From the NCBI GenBank assembly GCA_023231475.1, contig JALJEE010001195.1, positions 1 to 55,573 of the forward strand: a stretch of DNA of 55,573 nucleotides, in the 5' to 3' direction. The notes beneath the pieces are model-generated. The model searched no databases. It was given only the letters and a program-made list of their open reading frames with translations, and was not told the origin of the DNA. Positions 26,773 through 38,134 of the stretch are shown in pieces. Both the position numbers and the translations under genes were made by a program. The stretch comes from Seison nebaliae. Its lineage: Eukaryota. Position 1 is the stretch's first letter, and every line of letters starts with the position of its first letter.

Positions 26773-28234
26773 GTACAAGCAACATCAATAATTTGATTGT
26801 CATATGAAAGACATTGTAATTTGGATTATACTATCACCATTGTAAATGGAATTATTAAAACATAATATCAGTAAATACCATAAGATGGTAATCGATACCA
26901 TACTCAATCGATTTTCTCAACTTTTCAGGAACTATTTAATAATTTGTAAGAAGAATGTAACTATCAACCAATTATTTTTTTTAAGTGGAATTCCCGTCGG
27001 GATAAATTTTTTGATCGATCTCCTCTACGGTCAGTGGTAGTACTATCGTTGTGGCATTTGGAACGTGCATAAACCACTGTGTTACGCACACCCCAATATG
27101 ACTCTACCGAGGTGCAGGGTACGTTATTTCGCAAATATGCCTGGAACATGCGCTACGCATGCCCAATTCCATTATAGTGAACTTAAGAAACGAAATTTCT
27201 ACTTCAAGTATTAAATTCCATATTTTTTTCATTTAATCAAACTTAATCTTAAAATAAAATTTTTATTTTAAATAATGATCAGTAATTTTCATTCAAGATT
27301 AAACATTAAAAATATCAGACCGTACTTACCGATCAGAGTTAATCGATGAATCGATAATAATGAAACTTATCGATTTATTCCTTCTCTGTTATTTCCAAGC
27401 AGTTTTTTTTAAATTACCACACTTTATGATTGGACACAACGCTTTATTAGATAAAGGACCAATGTGAGTTGTAAACGAGTTTATTAGTTGAAAGATGATA
27501 ATTTTTAAGAGATTAAAAGTCAACTATTACAAATAAGTGCGACCGCCAATTTCATTATATAGAACGTGAAGTTATTGAGAAGGGAATTATAGTTATTACC
27601 GTAGGTTTAGTAGAGGTTCCTTACTGTCCACCGGATTCGATGGCCAGAAGAATTCGAATCCAAGGGACAGAAAGTAACAGCCCGTATGAATGTCAATCGC
27701 GACGACCACAGATAGCTTATTTGAAAAATTTTGCTAATATTAGTATTGTAATTTCGGAGTACTAAACCACTGTATTATGTATACATAATCCACCGTATTG
27801 TTGGTTTTCCAAAGCTTCGTCTACCAAATGCGGTTTCCTCCATTTTCAGTGTTGAAGTTTCCTGACCCAGATTCTATATCATCAAATACGGTGATGACTA
27901 AATCGTTAATCCGACATTTATGATGAATTGAAACAAAATATGAATTTTTCATAATCTTATATTGAACGATATGTTTCCGAGCTTGCACGATATGTAAGAA
28001 TAATTTATAAATTTTATTTTTATTAATCTCATTATTAGAGTATTCTGAAAGAAATAATGGAAAACATAAAAGGAATTATTGAAATTGAATGGACTTCATA
28101 GAAATGGTCGTATCAGTAAACGGTTTTTATTTTGTAGAATAAATATAATAAGTAGGAAGATGGAGTGGTGAGATGAGGAAAATAAAATATGATTATTTAT
28201 AAAAATTATATTAAATATAACGAAAAAATCATTA

Positions 28235-31200
28235 TTAGAATTTATTTACATAAAGTACGTTACAACATTTGGTAAATGCCACCAGGGTTTTCACTGCATT
28301 TCCCGTTACACGAACTTGGTTGAATTTATGTTCATCTTCGTCACGGAGACACTCATATCTTTCAAATGAAGATAATGACCAATCAATAGTATTGAAAGCC
28401 ATTAATTCACCAAATTGATAAAAAATAAATATTTTGCAATTGTTGGAAAGAAACATAAACATTGGTGAAGACAAACCAGAAAGATGTGATATTCGACCTA
28501 ACAAATCCACTTCCCATAACTTTTCTTGAATGATCATTGACGTATCCAGAACCCGAACTTCGATAAGAACCAATTTCAATGATTTCATCAAAACATAAAC
28601 ATTTATAGGTAAATCTGCGGAAAATCGATTAATACTCATCGATAATCGGGAACAACCTACAAAATCGGTAAGGAAATCGATAATTGAATCGTTTTTGGAA
28701 TCGGGTAATTCATACAGACTCTCCAAGTTCATCTTAGCAATTGCTGAGGCATCGGAAATAGATAACACATTCCCCACCAATGCCATATCGTTAGATATAG
28801 CGAATAATATCTCACCCAATCGACCGTCGTCTAAACTTCTGATCATTAATCGTTTGACGATGAGATCCAAACGATCATTTTTGAAACTTAATTTCATTGT
28901 ACCTTTCTCAAAACGGTCAAGAGATACTACAAAAGCAGCTTTGTGTCTATTCACTAATAAAATTTTCTTGGTATTTCTAGAAACTGCCACATCATAAAAT
29001 TGACTCATTCTTCGAAACCGTTTATGAAGTGGAAACTGAGAAACATTGTTGATGATAAGACAACTCGATGAAATATATTTTAAGATTGTACAATTCTTTT
29101 TCTCATCTACTTTCCAGAGATAAGCGATTGATTTAGAGAGACCGACCAATAAATCGAGTGATTGATAAAATTTAAGTTGGAAACACGAAAAATCTTCAAC
29201 ATCATCTTCATTGACACAAACGTTGCAAAATGATTCGGATAAACATTTCCTGGAAACAACCTTCTTCCCAAAGAATTCCAAATACCATAATGAGAATGCT
29301 AAAGTTGTATAAAAAATGACAGAATGATCTTGACTATCTAAACAAGTCATTGAAGTGACAAAAATCTGTTTACCTTTTTGATCTTCCGAAATGTCAATAT
29401 GTTGGAACGCATCATTTGAACGAATATTACTAGTTTCTATTTCAGCTTCATTTAAAGTTTTATTTAAAAGATCATCTATATCCATTTGATCTTCTTGAAT
29501 AACATTATTTTTTCTTTCACAATTTTCTTCGTTTGATACCCAAAGTAAACGCAATTCATCATATAACACCGAAACTAACACCAGTTGCTCCAATACTTTC
29601 CACAACAACATAATTTGACCTTTTTCATCCAATTGTTCATGGAACTTTGAGATAGCTTGAACGAAATCGACAGTGAATTTTGTTGATGCATCAAATCGTT
29701 CTCGTAGAATCTTTTCGATTCGAAGACATCCTCGAACATTCTTCGACATTCTCATTTTATTTATGTAAATTTCTTCTTCGAACTCTACAATACGTCGTTG
29801 AGTTTCGGATATGAGTTGTTGATAATAAACAATTCCTGACTGAATTTGTTCTGAACTATCTTCTTCCGATGAATAAAGAGATCGATTAGAAACTAGTTGT
29901 GGTTTATTTTCACCCATCTTCTCCAATTCACTCACCAAATTATCTCTTTGTTGCAAATAACGATTATATTGAGATTCTAATTCTTTCTGCGCTTGTTGTT
30001 TCGATACTTCAGTTTTTAGAATTGTCAAAAATTTCTCGAAAACAATTTTATGATTCTTTATTTCTTCCTGACGTTTTCTCCGACATGTCATTTGTCTAGA
30101 TGGTAATTTTGTACTACCGATTTGCCTCCTCATTGGTCGAGCTGATTGAAATTGAATCTTTTTTTGAGACTTCTTTAGAGTTTCATATTTCAATTTTAAA
30201 TTTTTCATTTGTTGTTGACTACCAACTTTCTCTTGTTCTAATTTCTTGATTTTAAGCAATTTCTTCCAATTCTCTTTATTTGCCTGATTCAATTGTTTTG
30301 TATTAGCTAAATTGTCGCGATGTTGTTTCTTTTCTAAATCAGTCAATTGTTTCGATAATTTTACATGAAGTTTCTTCAAATTTAATAATTCTTCTCGTTT
30401 CTTTTCTAATTCTCGTTGTGCCGCTTTTGCTGAATTCATTTCTCGTTGACTCGCCAATTTCTTTTCATTATACATTTCAATTTTTTCTTTTAAAACTTTA
30501 ATTTCATTTTTATATTGTTCGCGAACACGTTGAATTTCTTTTGACTTATCCTTCTTATTCGAATTCGACCGATTAACCTCTTCAATTTTTGCATCCTTCT
30601 TCGTCTCCATTTCTTCAATGTGAAAATGTAACAATTGTACTTCATTCTCATATTTCATTTTAAGAAGTCTCGTTTGTCGTTGTGCTTCCTGCAATCGATC
30701 AATCGTTTCCATTTTTTCTTTAATATCTGTCTCTAATCGTCTCAGATCCGTTTCAATGAGTTCACGTTCTTCCTGATTCTCATTAATTGGACTCATTGTC
30801 TCATCATGATCTTCCGATTCTGATTCATCGATATCAGTAGACTCAATTTCCTCATGATCAGTCAAATCATCATCAGCATCACCACCATCATCTTCACCAT
30901 CCTCCATTTTCATTTCATCCGATTCTCTTATCATCATTTTCTTCTTCTCATAATTTTCCAATTTATTTTTCATTTTCTCCATAGCTTTCCTCTCATAAGC
31001 AAGAATAGATTCTAAATTATCTTCCAATTTCCGATCTTCTTCATTCATTTGCTCTAATTCTTTCACTTTTGCTTCTTCCTCCATTTGAAAGATTTTAGCT
31101 CTTAACAATTCATTTTGATAAACGACCGACGGCAAATTACAATTAGGTTGTCCTCCTTCTTTATTCTCTCTATTCAAATCATTCAACCATTCTGGTACGA

Positions 31201-32761
31201 CAGGTAAACTATCCAATTCATATTCCAAATTCTCATTTTTCAACAATGACGAATCAGGAGAATATGTTGCCAATTCGGCTGCCAAATATCCCAATCGAAT
31301 CTTCAAATTATTATTAACGGAATTATTCGCTCTCAATCTCAATCTTAATGATGTCATTTCATTTTTGAGATGAGCAATTTCTCCATTTAATTGAGAGATG
31401 CTCCGTTCCGCTTCTAGCAATTCCTTATTCTTCTCATCTCTTTCTCTTAAATTACCAGTGGAGAGCATGTGAAAATTTGATTTTTCCTCATTCTTTTTCG
31501 ATTTCCTTGTTGAAGAGATGATTGATTGTCGGAATCCATGTGGAGCAGATATTTCACTTTTCGTTTCCACTAATTGTTGACGAAGTAAAGCGTTATCGGC
31601 TCGCAACATTTTCAATTGTTTCACCATTTCTGATGGCGACAATTGTTCAAGAACATTAATCTTTGCTTGATTTCTAATATTTCTCGCACCACTCGCATAA
31701 GTTAATGTGCTAATCGTTTCCAAAAAATCGCAATCTGATGGAGATACACAGGCTAACATTAAAGTCTTGGCATTACCTCCCAACGAATCCTGAAGAAGTC
31801 GTGTTAATTTAGAATCTCTATAAGGAATATGACAATTCTTTTTCTTACTCAAATCATTCGAACTCAAATTAGCAATGACATTTCCCAAAATTAATAATCC
31901 ATAATTTATTGAAATTCCTTCTTTCGCTCGTTGTCCTGTAGCACCGGTACGATCTAATCTTTCTGAACCAGCCAAATCTACAAAATTTAACTTAGATCGA
32001 ATAATATTTTTTTCCATTTCACCAGTCGTTTCCGATTTCTTCCAAACTTCCAGTTTGAGATTCATAGTGAAAATGGCATGGGATCTCGATGATTCATCAT
32101 TCATGTTCGTTGAACCGGTAGAACGGTTCGAACTACCACTAATCAATAATTGATAGACGTCGTTCATTTTATCCACAATCATCGTAGTCAATCCTTTCAC
32201 TTTGATTTCGTTCGTTTCTTTGTCGGTATAAATTTGAAATTTCTCATTAGATGATGATTTTGGACGGTTAGTTTTCGGTTCAAATAGATCGTTAATGGAT
32301 TCATTATATAATTCGAGGAATGAACAACCGATTTGAACATTCGGTTCACTTTGAAAGGAAGAAATCGCTTCATTTTTAATTTTTTCTATCCTGGAAAATA
32401 GTTGGAGTATAGCTCTGGGAATGATTCCAGTTTTCTCATCAATTCGAATAATATCATCGTCATCACCTTCTAGACTTGTTCCCATTGTATATGTTTTCCC
32501 ACTTCCCGTTTGACCGTAAGCCAATATGGTAATGTTGAATCCTTCGAGAGCAGTCTCCACCATTTCTTTAATACATTCTTCATATACTTCATTTTGATGT
32601 GTGTTCAATGGGAAATAGTAATCACATTTAAATATCTTCTCTCCTAATGTTACTTCGTTAGAAGACTCATCATAATCGAAATGAATTAGACCGCTACTCT
32701 TTTCACGACGGTTTTGTGGACGGAATCGGAATGCAACATTAACTGATAATTCATTTTTCAT
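28235..32761 (-). CDS. KIF21: Kinesin-4 family motor, KIF21-like, 1508 aa, single ORF
   Basis: AYGQTGSGKTYTMG, SSRSHAIF, FVDLAGSERLDRTGATGQRAKEGISIN and HIPYRDSKLTRLLQDSLGGN; long coiled coil; beta-rich C-terminus where KIF21 has WD40 repeats. Confidence 0.9.
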   Translation of the reverse strand: MKNELSVNVAFRFRPQNRREKSSGLIHFDYDESSNEVTLGEKIFKCDYYFPLNTHQNEVYEECIKEMVETALEGFNITILAYGQTGSGKTYTMGTSLEGDDDDIIRIDEKTGIIPRAILQLFSRIEKIKNEAISSFQSEPNVQIGCSFLELYNESINDLFEPKTNRPKSSSNEKFQIYTDKETNEIKVKGLTTMIVDKMNDVYQLLISGSSNRSTGSTNMNDESSRSHAIFTMNLKLEVWKKSETTGEMEKNIIRSKLNFVDLAGSERLDRTGATGQRAKEGISINYGLLILGNVIANLSSNDLSKKKNCHIPYRDSKLTRLLQDSLGGNAKTLMLACVSPSDCDFLETISTLTYASGARNIRNQAKINVLEQLSPSEMVKQLKMLRADNALLRQQLVETKSEISAPHGFRQSIISSTRKSKKNEEKSNFHMLSTGNLRERDEKNKELLEAERSISQLNGEIAHLKNEMTSLRLRLRANNSVNNNLKIRLGYLAAELATYSPDSSLLKNENLEYELDSLPVVPEWLNDLNRENKEGGQPNCNLPSVVYQNELLRAKIFQMEEEAKVKELEQMNEEDRKLEDNLESILAYERKAMEKMKNKLENYEKKKMMIRESDEMKMEDGEDDGGDADDDLTDHEEIESTDIDESESEDHDETMSPINENQEERELIETDLRRLETDIKEKMETIDRLQEAQRQTRLLKMKYENEVQLLHFHIEEMETKKDAKIEEVNRSNSNKKDKSKEIQRVREQYKNEIKVLKEKIEMYNEKKLASQREMNSAKAAQRELEKKREELLNLKKLHVKLSKQLTDLEKKQHRDNLANTKQLNQANKENWKKLLKIKKLEQEKVGSQQQMKNLKLKYETLKKSQKKIQFQSARPMRRQIGSTKLPSRQMTCRRKRQEEIKNHKIVFEKFLTILKTEVSKQQAQKELESQYNRYLQQRDNLVSELEKMGENKPQLVSNRSLYSSEEDSSEQIQSGIVYYQQLISETQRRIVEFEEEIYINKMRMSKNVRGCLRIEKILRERFDASTKFTVDFVQAISKFHEQLDEKGQIMLLWKVLEQLVLVSVLYDELRLLWVSNEENCERKNNVIQEDQMDIDDLLNKTLNEAEIETSNIRSNDAFQHIDISEDQKGKQIFVTSMTCLDSQDHSVIFYTTLAFSLWYLEFFGKKVVSRKCLSESFCNVCVNEDDVEDFSCFQLKFYQSLDLLVGLSKSIAYLWKVDEKKNCTILKYISSSCLIINNVSQFPLHKRFRRMSQFYDVAVSRNTKKILLVNRHKAAFVVSLDRFEKGTMKLSFKNDRLDLIVKRLMIRSLDDGRLGEILFAISNDMALVGNVLSISDASAIAKMNLESLYELPDSKNDSIIDFLTDFVGCSRLSMSINRFSADLPINVYVLMKSLKLVLIEVRVLDTSMIIQEKLWEVDLLGRISHLSGLSSPMFMFLSNNCKIFIFYQFGELMAFNTIDWSLSSFERYECLRDEDEHKFNQVRVTGNAVKTLVAFTKCCNVLYVNKF

Positions 32762-33978
32762 AATTAGGAAAGAAATTAAGGAGAAGAAATTCTAAAAAAA
32801 AATTGAAATAAATTTATAACACACTTTTCTAACGACATTTCTATGCTTCACTAAATAATTTAAGGAAATCCATTGGCGATGAATAGCAACATTATCTTTC
32901 TTTCAACACACCTCATCTTTACATTCAATTCAATTAGATAAAACAATGTAAATGTACATGTACGTACAAAGATGAATAACAAAACATATATATTGAGAAA
33001 TTACTTTTATTGAAAGAATGATTGATATTAAATTATTCTAATTAACATTTCCAGGTTACACGTTCCATCTAGTTAATTATAAACCACCCAAATACATCAA
33101 TTCATATTTAACATATTCATTCTTGTATCATAACACAACTTTTTTATTTTTCAAGTCGACTACTATCAACATTGAGAACACACAAACTACTTCACAGAAC
33201 ATCACTAGCGATATAAATATTCATAAAATGTAAAGAGTACGGAATGAAGGAATATTATGGAGAGCTTAAATTTCAGTTGTTTCAAATTCTTGTTTATGTC
33301 AACAGTATAACTATAAGAAGAATTGAAATGAGGCGGGCGAAACAAAAAGTAAGCTGACGGATTTTTTCATTATTCAAACCTGTTTTGCTTATGCTATTGA
33401 ACGTTAATATTATGAATAAAATTATTATTAAAATTAGTAGTAGTATTAAGTAATTATTAAAAACTATAAAATTACTCTTAAACTTACTATTATTATCTAT
33501 TCATAATAGCATCACAACATTTAATTCTTTCCATTACAATAATGATCATCTGGAAAATCAAATTTAGTACCTTTTCAAAATTGTAGATTTTTTTTCCATT
33601 AGTTGCAGTACAGTAGCATACAGTATAATAAACCGAAGGAAAACTTCCGAGAATTGGAACTTCTCACCTATCGGTTTTACAACATCATCCGAATATCCAT
33701 ATTTTTATCCATAAAATGAAGAATATCGATTTTAATAATATCAAAATTTTAAACATTTGCTAAGAAATAAAATTCCAGATTAATGAAATGTTATTTTCAC
33801 GTGTTTCATTGAAACATTATTGAGATAGATTTTTTCTTTAATTGTCAATGTAAATATAGACATTTTAATTTAACTCTTTCGCCCACCTGAAAAAATAAAT
33901 ACTATAATTAAGTTTTACACATTCGTGTAATTGTTCTTATCTGACAATATTGTGAGACCTGAGACTTGGAAAATAAGA

Positions 33979-35520
33979 ATGACGCATAATTTGAATGATG
34001 TACTTATGGATATATTATGTCGTTTAGCGGATTGTCGAAATATTATGTCAACGACAACTCTCATAGAAGAACATACGAAACATGAACCAAATCGGATTTT
34101 ATTGAGTCAAAGTGTCATCAAAAATGTATGTTTTTCATTAAATTTCTTTCCCTTAATATTAATCGTCTAATTTCCAGAATTATACATCCAGAGAACAATC
34201 TTGTCTCTTTCAACATCAACGTAGACGTTTGAAACGATCGAAACCGATTCCAAACATGATTGTCGAGAAGAAGAGTTCTCTTCAACCATTGAATTTCCAT
34301 AAATTAATTTATAATCATGAACATTCGAAATATTTGAAGGATGATAATCGACGTCTTGTTCGTGCTATTAAAAGGAATTATTTATTATTAGAGATTAATC
34401 GTTTATGGCGACTACATGGATTTACTGATATTCCAATTATATCTAAACAATTGACGGAACTCGAATTATATTCGAAGCCGATTGTCATATCACCGATATT
34501 TCCATCAATTTCTCCAAATAATAATTATGAACAAATTGATGATAATTCAACAATTTCTCATGATAATAGTGTGGAAAGTGAGAAGAATAATCAATCATAT
34601 TCTATCGTAATTAAACCTCCACTTCATATGCAAATGATGAAGGAAATTGAATTATCCAAAATATCGAAATGGAAAAAAGAACGATCAAATTTTTCAGATG
34701 TAGTTAATCATACGAAAGAACCAGTCATAAAATTCGAACCATTAAACAAATCTCACGTCCAAACGCTTAACAATCTTTTGAATATTTTCTATGCCGATTT
34801 CCAAAGTGACGATTTTATTGATGTCACTCCTTGGCTCCAATGGCCAAATCAGACGGTTATAGCCATAGGTCCTGGTAATATTATCGTTGGATTTGCATGT
34901 TCAATAATGCAGTACCATTATTTATCTCGAACGAAACTAACGAAACCGCAACTTCTTTACCGATTATCGGACGAGACGGAACACAAAGTAGAATTGAGTC
35001 AGGAAAATGACGAAACAGAAAATAAGAAATACAATTATAATGAAATACGATTCTGTCTAACGGATCAATTGTTTGTTAAAGGAAAATTGAGAAATCCTAG
35101 ATGTAAACAAGTCTATCTTCCATATGTTTTCATTTTACCGAATTGGCGAAAAGTGGGAATTGGAAAAAAAATGTTAACTCTCCTTTTAAAACAAGTTCAA
35201 TCCGTTTTTCTTTCTTATAAAAATGATTATTTCTTTAGATTATTCGTCAACGATCTTCTCATGAAGGTTTTACAATCGCATGTATTCATGTACCCACAAC
35301 AGATTGTGATACATTAATTTTTTTTCAAATGTTCGGATTTAAAATTCTCAAGAAGATTATTGGTTTTTATAAAAATTTCAATTACAAAAAAATCCGTATC
35401 GGTTGCAACAGTACCAGATGTTCACAACATTTACAATTGGATGAAACTCATCTTTATAATGAACTTCCAACTTGTGTTCCAAAGCGGTATGATGCATTTC
35501 TATTGTCTCTCGTTTTGTGA
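33979..35520 (+). CDS. KAT14: GNAT lysine acetyltransferase, KAT14/CSRP2BP/ATAC2-like
   Basis: Introns 34126-34177 and 35195-35238. Motifs HVQTLNNLL..F, IDVTPWLQWP, FILPNWRKVGIGKKML, IHV...FFQMFGFK and AFLLSL match the KAT14 C-terminal domain. Confidence 0.75.
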
Positions 35521-35732
35521 TAATTCCACTTTATTCTCATCATCTCACGAATACAGTCAAATATATTGTCAATTTATACAAATACATCTTTTTTATTATA
35601 GGATTTTTTAAATTTTCATTGTAATTTATTTTCTATTTTCTATTTCTTTAATTTTCTATCGTAATTTTAAAATTGATCAAATATATAATTTTTCATTTAA
35701 ATTTTATATCAGAATCATTTTTTTTCACTGTA

Positions 35733-38053
35733 ATGGTCTCCAAAAATCGAAAAGATAAATTATCGAAGAAAGAAGAAATTTTTCAATCACAACTAAATGA
35801 TGAAATTAAAGAATTAGAAGAAACTTTAGGAAAAATCGATAAAGATAAAAAATATGAAGATTTTATTGATTTACCAATTTCAAACAAAACCAAACGAGCG
35901 TTGAATAAAAATTCCTTAATAACATTAACAGATATTCAACGGGATACTCTCATTTATTCATTAAAAGGAATTGATGTGATGGGAACGGCAAAAACAGGAA
36001 GTGGGAAAACATTGGCATTCATAATTCCAGTTCCAATTTTTCTTTTTTTTTATTTTTTCTTCATTTTTCAGATTCTAGAACTTCTCTATAAAAAACGATG
36101 GAGTAAGATTGATGGATTAGGAGCTCTCGTTATAACACCAACTAGAGAATTGGCGTATCAAATTTTTAATGTTTTACAAAGAATAGGAAAGTTCCATGAC
36201 TTCTCAGCCGGTTTAGTTATAGGAGGGAAATTTATGAAAAAGGAAGCAGAAGTTATTCGAACAACAAACATAATAATTTGTACACCAGGAAGGCTGTTGC
36301 ATCATATGGATGAGACATGGAATTTTAATGCTGACAACATTCAGTTGTTAGTTTTAGATGAAGCGGATCGTATGTTAGAGATGGGATTTGAAGAGACAAT
36401 GATAAATATTTTACAGAATATTCCAGAAATTCATCGACAAGTTCTATTGTTCAGTGCCACGAGAACCAAGTGAGAATTATCTTTTACTTTTGTAAATTAA
36501 TAAAAAAATTTTCTTTAAGGAATTTAGATTCTTTGATAAAGTTGTCTTTGAAAAATCCTGTGGATATTTCCTCTCATGAATTAAGCGCATTGATGACACC
36601 TGATAAATTGAAACAATATTATATGGATGTGAAAGTTGAGGAGAAGATTCATATTTTATGGAATTTTATAAAGATTCATGTCAATTCAAAAATACTCATT
36701 TTTGTTCAAACGTGTAAACAGGCGAGATTTATTTTTGATGTTTTCAGTCATATGCAACCAGGAATTCCCTTATTGGTTCTACATGGAGCAAAGAAACAGT
36801 TACAACGTGTAGAAATTTATAACCGGTTTTTGCGAGACAAACGTTCGTGTCTTATTGCAACGGATTTGGCATCAAGAGGACTTGATTTCCCTTCGGTTGA
36901 ATGGATCGTGCAAATGGATTGTCCTTTTGATATCGAGACATATATCCATCGAGTTGGACGAACAGCACGTAAGGACTTGAGTGGACAATCATTATTACTC
37001 GCAACAAATAGTGAAATGAAATATTATTCTTCAATTTTCCAAGAGAAGAGAATTCCGATAACTAAAATGGAATCGAAGAAATTTCATAAATTTTCGATTG
37101 AAAATAAATTACAAGTGATTTGTGCGAGAGACCAAACTTTTCAACAAAATGCTAGATCAGCTTTTGTGGCTTATTTCAAATCGTTGTATTTGTCGGGTAA
37201 AAAGGAAATATTCGATATCGATTCAATTAACAAAGATGAATATGCACAATCTCTCGGACTTGTCACTACACCCAGATTACGATTTTTAAAGAAAATGGAA
37301 AATTCCCAATTTTCCGTTGAGATTGATCAAGATGATGATGACGAAGTAGAAGTTTTAATTAAGAAAGTGTCAAATCGATCGACTGATTTTGAAGATAATG
37401 ATGATGTGGAAGAAGATTTAAAATTAATGAATGAAGAAAAAATTAAAAGAAATCAAAAGAGTAAATCGAAAAAAAAAATAATTTCCAACTTACTAAAGAA
37501 AGAATCGAATGAACAAACAACAAACCATATTCATTTCACCGAAGATTATGAAATGGAAGAGGAAGAATTAAATGATGATGAAATAAGTGATATATTGACA
37601 ATTGATAATCGTTTGGAACGAATGAAAGAGCAAGATAAGATTGATAAAGAAACTTATCGGAAGTTGCTTAAAGATAAACATAAAGAAAAAAAAATTAAAG
37701 AGAAGGACAAAAATAAAGAAACAAAAGACGATGAAAAGAACCAAAAGTTTAATGTTTCTCTTAATATGGATAATGATGATAACAGTGATGTTACTGATAA
37801 TTCTGACGAAGATTTTATTGAGAATAAAAATAAAAGAAAAATAAGAAAGGATGGAAATGAATTTGATTCAGATTCACAATCAGATAATAAAGAAATTTTG
37901 GAAACCAATCTGGATTCTGATGAGGATAGAAGAACAAAAAGAAAAAGATCATTAAATGAACAAGATGTTGGAAAAGAAGATGAAATGAAGAAAACGATGA
38001 AATTTTCATTGGAACAATTAGAAGCAGAAGCATTAAAAAACTTAAGTGGATAA
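35733..38053 (+). CDS. DDX10: DEAD-box RNA helicase DDX10/Dbp4
   Basis: AKTGSGKTLAF, WSKIDGLGALVITPTRELAYQIF, HDFSAGLVIGG, DEAD, SAT, HRVGRTAR. Introns 36030-36071 and 36470-36519. Confidence 0.95.
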
Positions 38054-38134
38054 TTTTCATGAATTTTTCGATCTATCTCCTATTTCAGTTAAGGAATATA
38101 AATATATCATTCAATTGCTTAATCTAAATTGATG

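Noticed and set aside
27322..27332. GTACTTACCG as a U1 snRNA 5' end
   Set aside because: No U1 stem-loops, 70K loop or Sm site could be recognised downstream.
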